Shown piece after piece: positions 18,076-27,517 of a stretch of 64,000 nt of DNA. The position numbers and the translations under genes are program-made. The DNA lies in contig OY282377.1 of assembly GCA_958295785.1 (NCBI GenBank), positions 3,418,052 to 3,482,051 on the forward strand, read 5' to 3'. The stretch is from an uncultured Latescibacterota bacterium (GTDB taxonomy: Bacteria > Latescibacterota > UBA2968). The notes below the pieces were generated by a model. The model saw only the letters and a list, made by a program, of their open reading frames with translations, was not told the DNA's origin and did no database searches. Within the stretch, counting starts at the first letter, position 1, and every line of letters starts with the position of its first letter.

Positions 18076-20217
18076 ATGTGGAAATGGACAAAAAATAAAA
18101 GCACTGCGGCACATGCGCTGTCAACGCTGATCGCGTTGATAGTGCTGGTCTTTGCGGGGCAGGCATCTGCCGGTCCCAATGCCAATGCGATGCTGTCGCT
18201 CGACCTGATTGCCAATGGCGGTGCGGGCAATCAGAGAAATAATGGCGTCACAACGGGCACGGTTTCTGGACGGGGCACGACCATTGCCATCGAAGTTTTC
18301 GCAACGGGCGTGACGACGTCTTTGCGCGGGATGCAGATCATATTCGATTTTGATGCGTCTCTGTTGACCTTTGTCAAGGCCGAGAACCGCGCGTTTTCCC
18401 TCACCATTCCAGAAAGGCAAAGGCCGGGCACGAACTTCGCATCGACGTCCCCAGTCACATTGGGGGCGTCGGGTTTTTTGGCACGCGCGGAGTTCACCAC
18501 GGCTGCGGATGTCACGGGCAGAGAATTTTCCATTGGCATAGCGACGGTGACTCTTTCTGAAAACGCGGCATTGACCGACACATTTATGCCGACAAACCGA
18601 ATCGCGTTTAATGCGACTTCCACCCGTTTTTCCCTTTCGCTGGATGCAGATGACGCGCCGGGCGATCAAGCAGTCGCCTCTGTGGAAGTCCGTCCCGAGA
18701 GCGTTGTTGCCATTCAGGTCTTCGGCGCAGAGATTCAAAATGCCACGGGCATTACCATTCGCTTTGAATACGACGCGACTCAAGTTGCCTACGAGAGGTT
18801 CGATAGCGGCGGCAGTGTGTTGCCCAATACCCGAGACATTCTGACCAGAGGTGCGAATCCGACCTCTGTCGAAATTGGCATTGCGTCTTTCGGCGGTCGC
18901 GCCACGGCCAACAGCGGGCTGTTTGGCGCGTTTCGCTTCCGCGCGACAGCGGCGTTTTCCGGCACGACCATTCGGTTGGTGAGGGCGGATCTTTGGCAAG
19001 GGGGGGTTCAAACGCAGACTGCGACGCCAGATGAGCGCGTTGAGTTGTTGCCTCCCGCGGCGCCCTCGCCCGACTTTGATGGCGATGGCACGGTTGGCTT
19101 TTCCGACTTTTTGGCATTTGCGGGCCTGTTCGGGGCACTTCAGGGCGATGGCACGTACCAGGCGCGGTACGATCTGGACAGCAATGGCGAGATTGGGTTT
19201 TCCGATTTTCTGATCTTCAGCAGCAGCTTTGGCACCCCCCCCGGCAGCGGTGGCGACACGGGGCGTCCCGACCTGATTGTCGAATCCCCTTCGGTCAGCG
19301 ATAGCACCTTGACGCCCGGGCAATCCTTCGCGCTGAACGCCACGGTTCGCAACGCGGGCACGGGTTCTTCTGCCGCGACGACCTCGCGCTATTACCGCTC
19401 GTCAGACGCGACGATCTCCACGAGTGACGCGCCAGTTGGTTCAGACAGAGTAGAGAGTCTTTCGGCTTCTGCCACCCGTGGCGTGTCGATCAGGCTGACA
19501 GCCCCACGGCGTGCAGACACGTATTATTACGGCGCGTGTGTGGTGCGCGTCAGCGGAGAGAGCGATACCGACAACAACTGCTCGGATGGGGTTCGAGTGA
19601 GAGTGCAAAGCGGCGGCGGCACAACACCGCCCCCGCCTAATAATGCGCGGTATTGGAGTTCTGATTCTAAATATCAAATCGCGTGGTCTCCTTCCCCGAG
19701 CGCGACTTTTTACCGGGTCTATTTCGACAGAGCGACTTTTTTTAACGTGAGTTGCCCAGGGGGCTGTAACCTCATCGCCACGGTGACGGACACGAGCGCG
19801 AGTCACGATGGCAGTGGATCTCGCATCGGATACTGGGTGCGGGCTTGCAATGATGCGGGCTGTTCGAATTATGTTCGCGCCGAGCGCGGCACTGCGAGCA
19901 GCGGCGGCACGGGTGGCGGGTCAGCCACCTATGCCCCGATATCGGGACTTCGCGTGTCAAACGGCCGGATTCAGTTGGCGTCTTTCTCAGTGGAGGACTG
20001 CACTGGATTGAATGGACTCGGTGGATACGAGGTACACACTTCAAAATGGCAGAGAAAATCCGGGACATCGTGGGTCGATATTCCCGGCACGGCACGCACG
20101 GGCGAAGTGTGTGCCTATTCAACCACCACCCCTGGCGAATACCGATTGGTGGGCGACGTGAGCATTAACGGCGTTAGAGGACTGCATTCCAGCGAGAATA
20201 CCTTCACTGTGAACTAA
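18076..20217 (+). CDS. Secreted multidomain protein: two cohesin-like domains, paired EF-hand/dockerin-like motif, CARDB-like Ig domain and Cys-containing C-terminal modules
   Basis: Signal peptide ending ASA; two related LSLD..GNQ/DQ domains; DFDGDGTVGFSDF and DLDSNGEIGFSDF; PDLIV...VRNAGTG...ESDTDNNC; AGGAG RBS. Confidence 0.75.
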   Translation: MWKWTKNKSTAAHALSTLIALIVLVFAGQASAGPNANAMLSLDLIANGGAGNQRNNGVTTGTVSGRGTTIAIEVFATGVTTSLRGMQIIFDFDASLLTFVKAENRAFSLTIPERQRPGTNFASTSPVTLGASGFLARAEFTTAADVTGREFSIGIATVTLSENAALTDTFMPTNRIAFNATSTRFSLSLDADDAPGDQAVASVEVRPESVVAIQVFGAEIQNATGITIRFEYDATQVAYERFDSGGSVLPNTRDILTRGANPTSVEIGIASFGGRATANSGLFGAFRFRATAAFSGTTIRLVRADLWQGGVQTQTATPDERVELLPPAAPSPDFDGDGTVGFSDFLAFAGLFGALQGDGTYQARYDLDSNGEIGFSDFLIFSSSFGTPPGSGGDTGRPDLIVESPSVSDSTLTPGQSFALNATVRNAGTGSSAATTSRYYRSSDATISTSDAPVGSDRVESLSASATRGVSIRLTAPRRADTYYYGACVVRVSGESDTDNNCSDGVRVRVQSGGGTTPPPPNNARYWSSDSKYQIAWSPSPSATFYRVYFDRATFFNVSCPGGCNLIATVTDTSASHDGSGSRIGYWVRACNDAGCSNYVRAERGTASSGGTGGGSATYAPISGLRVSNGRIQLASFSVEDCTGLNGLGGYEVHTSKWQRKSGTSWVDIPGTARTGEVCAYSTTTPGEYRLVGDVSINGVRGLHSSENTFTVN

Positions 20218-20221
20218 ACCC

Positions 20222-21508
20222 ATGCAACCCCTCGAAATCCAGCCCACGACAACGCCGATAGACGCAGAGGTCGCGATTCCGGGATCGAAAAGCATCACCA
20301 ACCGCGTGTTGCTGATCGCCGCGCTCGCAGATGGCGTCAGTCAGCTCGACAACGCGCTGATGAGCGACGACACGCGGTATATGGCCAATGCCTTGCGCGA
20401 CTTGGGCATTCGCATAGACGAAAACGCATCGGAGGCGACATTTCGCGTTTTTGGCACGGGCGGGCGCATCCCCGCTGAGAATGCGGAACTCCACATTGGC
20501 AACTCGGGCACGTCGGCGCGCTTTCTCACGGCCTATCTCGGCTTGGGCCATGGGACATATCTGATCGATGGCGTTGCGCGCATGCGCGAGCGGCCCATTC
20601 AAGACCTCCTCGACGGCCTTTCGCCCCTCGGCGCAACCGCGCGCTGCGAAGGCAAAGACGGGTTGTGTCCCCCCGTGCTCATGGTCGCTTCCGGCCTTCG
20701 GGGTGGGCAAACGACGATGAAGGGCAACAAGAGCAGCCAGTATTTCACGGCTTTGCTCCAAGTCGCGCCCTATGCCCAAACCGATGTTGAAATCTGCGTT
20801 GAGGGCGATTTGGTGTCCAAACCGTATATCGACCTCACCATCGCGGTGATGCGCGATTTTGGCGTTGAAGTCGTCTATCGCAATTACCGCTCTTTCACCG
20901 TACACGCGGGGCAGCGTTATCGGGCACGCTCCTATCAAATTGAACCCGATGCGTCCAATGCCTCGTATTTTTTTGCCGCCGCCGCGCTGACGGGTGGGCG
21001 CGTGCGCGTGCCCCATTTGACCGCGCAGTCGGTTCAGGGCGATGTGGGTTTTGTCGATATTTTGTCCAAAATGGGCTGTGAGGTCCGCAAAGACGCCGAT
21101 GGCATTGAGGTGCGCGGCACGGGACGCCTGTTGGGCATGGACATCGACATGAACGCCACGCCCGACGTGGTGCCCACGCTTTGCGCGCTGGCGCCCTTTG
21201 CTTCCGGGCCGGTCAACATCCGCAACGTAGCTGTTTTGCGCCTGCACGAAACCGACCGCATCGCCGCACTAAAGACCGAGTTGAACAAGCTCGGCATCCG
21301 CGTTGAGACCCGCGCCGACGGGCTTATGGTCTATCCATCAGATCGCATGCAACCCGCAGCGCTCGATACGTATGACGACCACCGCATGGCGATGAGCCTG
21401 TCGCTGATCGGCCTGAAAATTCCGGGCATTGTCATCAACGACCCCGATTGCGTCGCCAAAACATTTCCGACTTATTTTGATGTCTTGGAAAAGGCGATCA
21501 CGGATTAA
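20222..21508 (+). CDS. aroA: 3-phosphoshikimate 1-carboxyvinyltransferase
   Basis: PGSKSITNR, GNSGTSARF, SSQY, ETDRI, DDHRMAM and KTFP motifs. Confidence 0.97.
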   Translation: MQPLEIQPTTTPIDAEVAIPGSKSITNRVLLIAALADGVSQLDNALMSDDTRYMANALRDLGIRIDENASEATFRVFGTGGRIPAENAELHIGNSGTSARFLTAYLGLGHGTYLIDGVARMRERPIQDLLDGLSPLGATARCEGKDGLCPPVLMVASGLRGGQTTMKGNKSSQYFTALLQVAPYAQTDVEICVEGDLVSKPYIDLTIAVMRDFGVEVVYRNYRSFTVHAGQRYRARSYQIEPDASNASYFFAAAALTGGRVRVPHLTAQSVQGDVGFVDILSKMGCEVRKDADGIEVRGTGRLLGMDIDMNATPDVVPTLCALAPFASGPVNIRNVAVLRLHETDRIAALKTELNKLGIRVETRADGLMVYPSDRMQPAALDTYDDHRMAMSLSLIGLKIPGIVINDPDCVAKTFPTYFDVLEKAITD

Positions 21509-21828
21509 ACGGATTGCGCCGATGACGCGGAGGAAAGGCGAAAAGGCGAGCGGTGTGTGTAGGGGCGATGCCCCCGTGCTCGCCCAAAGATACAAGGCGG
21601 ATCACGGATTAAACGGATTGCGCCGATGACGCGAAGGAAAGATACAAGACGGGAGAGGTGAGAAACGTAGGGGCGATGCCCCCGTGCTCGCCCGAAACGA
21701 GAAACGACCACAGATAAACACAGATGAACGCAGATTGGGATCGCAGGTGGGGTTAATCCGCGCAATCCTTAAATCCGCGACAATCCGCGATCCAAACAAA
21801 GGTAGAGGCGTGGCCCCCGTGCCCGCCT
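21496..21828. repeat. Composite intergenic repeat cluster (34-bp direct repeat x2 plus three GTAG-REP palindromes)
   Basis: GATCACGGATTAAACGGATTGCGCCGATGACGCG at 21496 and 21600; REPs at 21559, 21667 and 21802. Confidence 0.8.
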
Positions 21829-21889
21829 TGTTTTTTTGGCGTGATGCAATGACAAACCATTCAAATGCCCATGCCGAAGATTATCCCAG

Positions 21890-22507
21890 GGAACTCAACC
21901 CGAGAGTGCGTTTGATCGTCTATGGGCAGGAACTCAACGACGAGACGTATGCGATCTGCAAGTCGGATATGATGATCAAGGGGCAAAACGCCAAAAACAT
22001 CCATCCCGGCAACAGCTTCACCGAAGGCGGCCTGCCCGAAGAACAACAACAGCGCGTTCTCGCGGTTCTCGCCGTGCAGGACAACACGCAGACATACAAA
22101 AACCGCGACGTGTTCGCGGGCTCACAGACGCTTTTACAAAGACGCGGGTGAACGTCACGACAGCCCAACTGAAGAATCTATCAAGCCTTGGGCGAACACA
22201 CGACGAAACCGCCGATGTTTACACCAATCGCAAGGGCGAGGCCGAAGCCGATTCGGAATTGCGTGACTATGAGAATGTGCCGTTGCGAGAAGATGTCGAC
22301 GCGTACTTTGAGCGCGAGGTGTTGCCGCATGTGCCCGACGCGTGGATCGACCACCGCAAGACCAAAGTGGGCTACGAAATCCCCTTCAATCGCCATTTCT
22401 ACATGTTCACACCGCCGCGTGCATTGACCGACATTGACGCGGATTTGAGAGGCGTGACCGCACGCATTGTCGAGATGATCGGAGGGCTTTCACATGGTAT
22501 GAAGTAG
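21890..22507 (+). pseudogene. hsdM: Internally deleted type I R-M HsdM remnants
   Basis: VYGQELNDETYAICKSDMMIKG..GNS is joined to the C-terminal DSELRDYENVPL...YFEREVLPHVPDAWID...VGYEIPFNRHFY. The catalytic NPPF region is missing. Confidence 0.8.
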
Positions 22508-22517
22508 ATGGGGCCGA

Positions 22518-25500
22518 CTATCCGTTAACCTCCTCCTCGATTTGCTCGCGGATATCTGCGGCCACCTCGAGCACTTCTGCCGGCGCACGAACCGCCTCGC
22601 CTGTTCGCTGGCGCAAGGCGATAATGAGCGGCACTAAAGTAGCGGCTTTCTCTGTGTCCTCCGCCAGAATCTCGACGAGATTGCGCTCCGAAGTTCCGCT
22701 TGCGATCAAGTTGATCACGCGCCCCATCATCTCGCGCATCATCGTTTCATTGCCCGGGGCGAACGCGGCATACATCGAGCGGAACGCATCCATGGCGGCA
22801 GGGCGTTTCTCTTGAACGAGCAGTGCCTTCGTTCTCATCCACCGCGCCCGCCATTTGAAAGCAACTTCATCGTCGCCAATCAAACCACCGAACCTGCGTT
22901 CGAGTTCGTCGCTCATATTCAGAGCCTCTTCGCCGAGACCGAGTTGGATTTGTGTCTCACCCTTGAAAGACAATGCGCTAGCGATCACTTCTTGAAGTTC
23001 TGGCGCGGTGCTATTTCCAAAACGCTTGAGCACTTCGTCGTAGAGGGCAACCGCCGCCTCGAAATCCCCCCGTTCCCCGCACTCAATTCCCTTGTTGAAC
23101 AATGCAGAGGCGACCTGTTCTTGAAGTTCTGGCCTGTCGCTATCGCCAAAACGCTTGACCACTTCGTCGTAGAGCGCGATTTCTGTCTCGAAATCCCCGC
23201 GTTGCCAGCATGCAATTCCCTTGTTGAACAATGCAGAGGCGACCCATTCTTGAAGTTCTGGCCTGTCGCTATCGCCAAAACGCTTGATCACCTCATCCCA
23301 AAGCGTGACCGCCGCCTCGAAATCCCCTTGTTTCCCGCACGCAATTCCCTTGACAAACAACGCCTTGGCGACCCGTTCTTGAAGTTCTGGCCTGTCGCTA
23401 TCGCCAAAGCGTTTGACCACCTCATCGTAGAGGGCAACCGCCGCCTCGAAATCCCCTCGTTCTCCGCACGCAAGTCCCTTGTTGAACAATGCAGAGGCGA
23501 CCCATTCTTGAAGTTCTGGCCTGTCGCTATCGCCAAAACGCTTGACCACCTCATCGTAGAGGGCAACCGCCGCCTCGAAATCCCCTCGTTCTCCGCACGC
23601 AAGTCCCTTGACAAACAACGCCTTGGCGACCCGTTCTTGAAGTTCTGGCCTGTCGCTATCGCCAAAGCGTTTGACCACCTCATCGTAGAGGGCAACCGCC
23701 GCCTCGAAATCCCCTCGTTCTCCGCACGCAAGTCCCTTGACAAACAACGCCTTGGCGACCCGTTCTTGAAGTTCTGGCGCGGTGCTATCGCCAAAGCGTT
23801 TGACCAACTCATCGTAGAGCGCGATTTCTGCCTCAAAATCCCCTCGTTCTCCGCACGCAAGTCCCTTGACAAACAACGCCTGGGCGACCTGTTCTTGAAG
23901 TTCTGGCCTGTCGCTATCGCCAAAACGCTTGACCAACTCATCGTAGAGCGCGATTTCTGTCTCAAAATCCCCTCGTTCCCCGCACACAATTCCCTTGTTG
24001 ACCAACGCCTTGGCGACCCGTTCTTGAAGTTCTGGCCTGTCGCTATCGCCAAAACGCTTGACCAACTCGTCGTAGAGCGCGATTTCTGTCTCAAAATCCC
24101 CTCGTTCCCCGCACACAATTCCCTTGTTGACCAACGCCTTGGCGACCCGTTCTTGAAGTTCTGGCCTGTCGCTATCGCCAAAACGCTTGACCAACTCGTC
24201 GTAGAGCGCGATTTCTGTCTCGAAATCCCCTTGTTCCCCGCATACAATTCCCTTGTTGACCAACGCCTTGGCGACCCATTCTTGAAGTTCTGGCGTGGTG
24301 CTATCGTCAAAACGCTTGACCAACTCGTCGTAGAGCGCGATTTCTGTCTCAAAATCCCCTCGTTCCCCGCACACAATTCCCTTGTTGAACAATGCATGGG
24401 CGACCCATTCTTGAAGTTCTGGCGTGGTGCTATCGTCAAAACGCTTGACCAACTCGTCGTAGAGCGCGATTTCTGTCTCAAAATCCCCTCGTTCCCCGCA
24501 CACAATTCCCTTGTTGACCAACGCCTTGGCGACCCGTTCTTGAAGTTCTGGCGCGGTGCTATTTCCAAAACGCTTGATCACCTCATCCCAAAGCGCGACC
24601 GCACTCTGAGAAGCGAAAGAATCGTTTGCGCCCTCGATAACTTTCTCGAAATCCCCCTCGTCGAATGCTATCGCGATCTCATCGGCAAGTCGTTGGGCCT
24701 CCCCGTCGTCGAGCGTCGCAGCCCGTTTGGATTCCAGCTCAATACCTGCCCGTCTCATGCCGAAAAAGAAATGCTCAATTTGCGGCAGTTCGACTATGGC
24801 CCGTTCAATTCCCTCGCGAATGGCTGGCGACTGCGCCGCCTCTGCAATCAACTTGCCGGACATCTCCGCCAGTTCGTCGCTGGTGTAGAACACGGCCATA
24901 AAGTGAATCAAGTCTCGCACGACAGCCGCTTCGTCGCGTTCGCGCCGCAACTTGTAGTAGATGCTGTAGAGGCGTTCTGCCGCAGAGTACTGCCGCTTCC
25001 GGCTGTTGCCTTCCACGATGACCGCGCCCCGGTTGACGAGCCTTCCGAGCAGGGTCGATACCTTTCGGATCTCCATGCGGGATCGCGCTGCAATTTCGCT
25101 GGTGCTCGACGGTTGCCACAGGTCGATCACAGCGAGATAGACGCGGCGCTCGGTCTTTGCGAAACCTTGCAGATGGGCGCGGAAATACTCGGTGTGATCG
25201 TCGATCAGCGTTACCAACTCTTCCATCAACTGGCGCAGGGAACGGTGCCGGGCGAACTCGGCGACAATGACCAAGAGGCGGGGATTGCCGCCGGTCAGGA
25301 TCTGAAGCGGCCTAATCGTGCGCGTGCTCACCGCGTCGCCGCTGACCATTTGCCACAGGCATTGGCACTCCTCGGTATCCAAGCGTTCCAACCCGACTAT
25401 TCGGAATAATTCGAAGAACGGCTGTTCCACATCGTCCAGCCCTTCAAAACGACTGGTGGCCGTGGCGAGCAACACGATTTGGGGTTCTGTCTGCAATACC

Positions 25501-26051
25501 TTGCGGAGCTTCCAGCCGAAATGGCTGTCCACATCAGAGCACAGATCTTGCAGGTTCTCGACCATGAGGACGAGTTGCTTTTCCAGCCGATCCGCCGTTT
25601 CCAAGACCGCGACGAGGGCGCGTTCTTCGAATTCCCTGCCGCGCCATTGGCTGGCTAAGTCGGCGTGCGTGGTTCGCAAGTCCCGGGCAATATCGGGATG
25701 GCTGTTGGCGATCTCCCCGGCGAGATAGAACAGCGCCTCGAGCCAGAAGTCGGCGGCATCAAATATCTCATGGCTCTCTTCCATGAACCGCACGGGCAAC
25801 AGCCGCCGGGCGAGCGCGTCATCGGTGCGTATCTCCGCAGCGGCACGCGCCAACAGCATGGTCTTCCCCCGGCCGCGAGGGCCGACGAGCAAGACGTGTT
25901 GGCACGATGGCGCACCGATGTTTTCTCGGAGAACCTCCATCGCGATGCCGAACTCGCGTTTCCTGACGACGAACTGTCTTATTACTTCTTCATCGGTCTG
26001 AAACGTCCCCGGATTGAACTTGCGGATCGTCCGCTCAAGCGGTTTGTTCAT
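22518..26051 (-). CDS. STAND-like P-loop ATPase with wHTH and 13 tandem 43-aa TPR-like repeats
   Basis: GPRGRGKT, VLMVENL, LTGGNPR, an HTH-like segment (STSEIAARSRMEIRKVSTLLGRLVNRG), then the repeat array; GAGGAG RBS. Confidence 0.85.
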   Translation of the reverse strand: MNKPLERTIRKFNPGTFQTDEEVIRQFVVRKREFGIAMEVLRENIGAPSCQHVLLVGPRGRGKTMLLARAAAEIRTDDALARRLLPVRFMEESHEIFDAADFWLEALFYLAGEIANSHPDIARDLRTTHADLASQWRGREFEERALVAVLETADRLEKQLVLMVENLQDLCSDVDSHFGWKLRKVLQTEPQIVLLATATSRFEGLDDVEQPFFELFRIVGLERLDTEECQCLWQMVSGDAVSTRTIRPLQILTGGNPRLLVIVAEFARHRSLRQLMEELVTLIDDHTEYFRAHLQGFAKTERRVYLAVIDLWQPSSTSEIAARSRMEIRKVSTLLGRLVNRGAVIVEGNSRKRQYSAAERLYSIYYKLRRERDEAAVVRDLIHFMAVFYTSDELAEMSGKLIAEAAQSPAIREGIERAIVELPQIEHFFFGMRRAGIELESKRAATLDDGEAQRLADEIAIAFDEGDFEKVIEGANDSFASQSAVALWDEVIKRFGNSTAPELQERVAKALVNKGIVCGERGDFETEIALYDELVKRFDDSTTPELQEWVAHALFNKGIVCGERGDFETEIALYDELVKRFDDSTTPELQEWVAKALVNKGIVCGEQGDFETEIALYDELVKRFGDSDRPELQERVAKALVNKGIVCGERGDFETEIALYDELVKRFGDSDRPELQERVAKALVNKGIVCGERGDFETEIALYDELVKRFGDSDRPELQEQVAQALFVKGLACGERGDFEAEIALYDELVKRFGDSTAPELQERVAKALFVKGLACGERGDFEAAVALYDEVVKRFGDSDRPELQERVAKALFVKGLACGERGDFEAAVALYDEVVKRFGDSDRPELQEWVASALFNKGLACGERGDFEAAVALYDEVVKRFGDSDRPELQERVAKALFVKGIACGKQGDFEAAVTLWDEVIKRFGDSDRPELQEWVASALFNKGIACWQRGDFETEIALYDEVVKRFGDSDRPELQEQVASALFNKGIECGERGDFEAAVALYDEVLKRFGNSTAPELQEVIASALSFKGETQIQLGLGEEALNMSDELERRFGGLIGDDEVAFKWRARWMRTKALLVQEKRPAAMDAFRSMYAAFAPGNETMMREMMGRVINLIASGTSERNLVEILAEDTEKAATLVPLIIALRQRTGEAVRAPAEVLEVAADIREQIEEEVNG
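22923..24599 (-). repeat. Coding tandem array, 13 x 129 bp
   Basis: TTCTTGAAGTTCTGG recurs every 129 bp (e.g. 22989, 23118). Confidence 0.95.
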
Positions 26052-26069
26052 TGGGTATCTCCTCAATTC

Positions 26070-27323
26070 TCAACGCTCGTCAGAAAAGCGACTTTCGAGA
26101 GGTTTGTAGTGATCGCGGAAACGCGCCGACCACCAGTCCTTCAGTAGCCGCGACGGGAAGCGATAGCCGTCGTCGCCGGCTTCGAGGTAGCCATCGTGCG
26201 CCAAGATGTCGAGTGCCTCGACGATGCAACCGGGGGCGTCGTCGAGCTTTGTGGAGTACTGCCGTTCGAGGCTCTGCCGTGCGTCGCTAGTGAACACATC
26301 TTGAGTGGCGGCCTCGGCGAGAATCTCCATGGCGACGGGGTAACTCTCGTCGTCCAGCCCCTCCTTGAGGCGCGTCTCGTAGTGGACGAGGACATTCTGC
26401 CCCGCAGGCCCGAGCAGTTGGGTGCGATAGACCTCGTCCACATCCTCCACCGTCACCCGCTCCCGATTCTGCATGATGGCAAAATCCCGCAGGCCTGCGA
26501 AAAAGAACTGGACATAGTGCGGAATACCGATGCCGAGTTTTTCGTACACGGCGTTTGCCACACCGTCGTCGATCCGCAACTCATGGCTCTCGGCGAGGCG
26601 TTCGAAACACTCGACACTAACTTCGCGGCACCACGGCCCCAAGCGAAAGGAGTAGAGATAGTTGATGCGGTCGGGTATGCCGAGACGTTGCACGAGCGGT
26701 GCGAGCCCGATACTGCCGGATACGATGAGAACCGGAGAGCCGCCTTTGAGTCCCTGAAACGCGCCGCGCAACCAACTGAGGAACTCATCGACCCGTCGTG
26801 CGCCATCGCTATCGCTATCGCTGAGCATCCGTTTGAGGAATATCGGCAGTTCGTCAATGACCAGGAGAATCGGTTTGTCGTGCTTGGCGCAAGCGCGAAT
26901 GAGCTGTTCCCCGCGGTGCCGCCAGTTTCCGGCGTCCAGCCCAGCGCGGATTTTCACGCCAAAGTCAAGGGCATTGACCTCCTTAATACTCTTCATGACC
27001 CGCCCTATGGTACTCTTCATTGCCCGCCCCATGGTACCGACGAGACGCGCTGCGAGGGAGCGAACTGGGTGCGCCGCCTTTGCGATAGCGGCGATTACAT
27101 CCTCTGGACAGGTCGCGCCTTCGACATCTGTAAAAAGGAAAACCCATCCTTGGGCCTCCAACTGTCGGCCGAGTTCCCGGACGACGCTGGTCTTGCCCAT
27201 GCGCCGCTGGCCGGTCAGCAGTACGTGGTTGCCGTCGCGAACTTGCGATTCCAGTATTTGCAACTCGGATTCACGGTCGAAAAAGTCGTCGCCATCCACC
27301 CAGCGACCAGTGGATACTTTCAT
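26070..27323 (-). CDS. P-loop ATP-binding protein (archaeal-ATPase/STAND-like), partner of the TPR-ATPase
   Basis: FFDRE, GQRRMGKTS, LVIDELP, SGSIGL and GIPHYVQ; GAGGAGG RBS before MKVSTG. Confidence 0.85.
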   Translation of the reverse strand: MKVSTGRWVDGDDFFDRESELQILESQVRDGNHVLLTGQRRMGKTSVVRELGRQLEAQGWVFLFTDVEGATCPEDVIAAIAKAAHPVRSLAARLVGTMGRAMKSTIGRVMKSIKEVNALDFGVKIRAGLDAGNWRHRGEQLIRACAKHDKPILLVIDELPIFLKRMLSDSDSDGARRVDEFLSWLRGAFQGLKGGSPVLIVSGSIGLAPLVQRLGIPDRINYLYSFRLGPWCREVSVECFERLAESHELRIDDGVANAVYEKLGIGIPHYVQFFFAGLRDFAIMQNRERVTVEDVDEVYRTQLLGPAGQNVLVHYETRLKEGLDDESYPVAMEILAEAATQDVFTSDARQSLERQYSTKLDDAPGCIVEALDILAHDGYLEAGDDGYRFPSRLLKDWWSARFRDHYKPLESRFSDER

Positions 27324-27360
27324 GAGAGCACCTCCTCGTTTGTCCATTTCATCAAAATTC

Positions 27361-27456
27361 AATACTCAACGGATATGTTGTCAACAGATAGGTTGACAAT
27401 GATTTTTCAACAAATTTAATACTCAACGGATATGTTGTCAACAGATAAGTTGACAA
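27361..27456. promoter_or_regulatory. Duplicated 39-bp unit (57-bp period), each containing the palindrome TTGTCAAC-N6-GTTGACAA
   Basis: Palindromes at 27378-27399 and 27435-27456, directly upstream of the ATPase pair. Confidence 0.7.
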
Positions 27457-27517
27457 AATGCCATGTCAACGATATTTTCTTGAATGCCCATCAAAAAGGG
27501 TGGATGCGGGCGTGCAG

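Noticed and set aside
21496-21693. 34-bp direct repeats as a mini-CRISPR
   Set aside because: Only two copies, and the intervening sequences are themselves REP repeats.
22923-24599. Regular repeats as a possible CRISPR array
   Set aside because: Units are contiguous, in-frame coding repeats with no unique spacers, and no cas genes are present.
22812-25409. 865-aa plus-strand ORF and the 426-aa alternative-frame ORF over the repeat array
   Set aside because: Shadow frames: a stop-free 129-bp unit repeated in tandem stays open in other frames. No RBS or domain motifs were seen.
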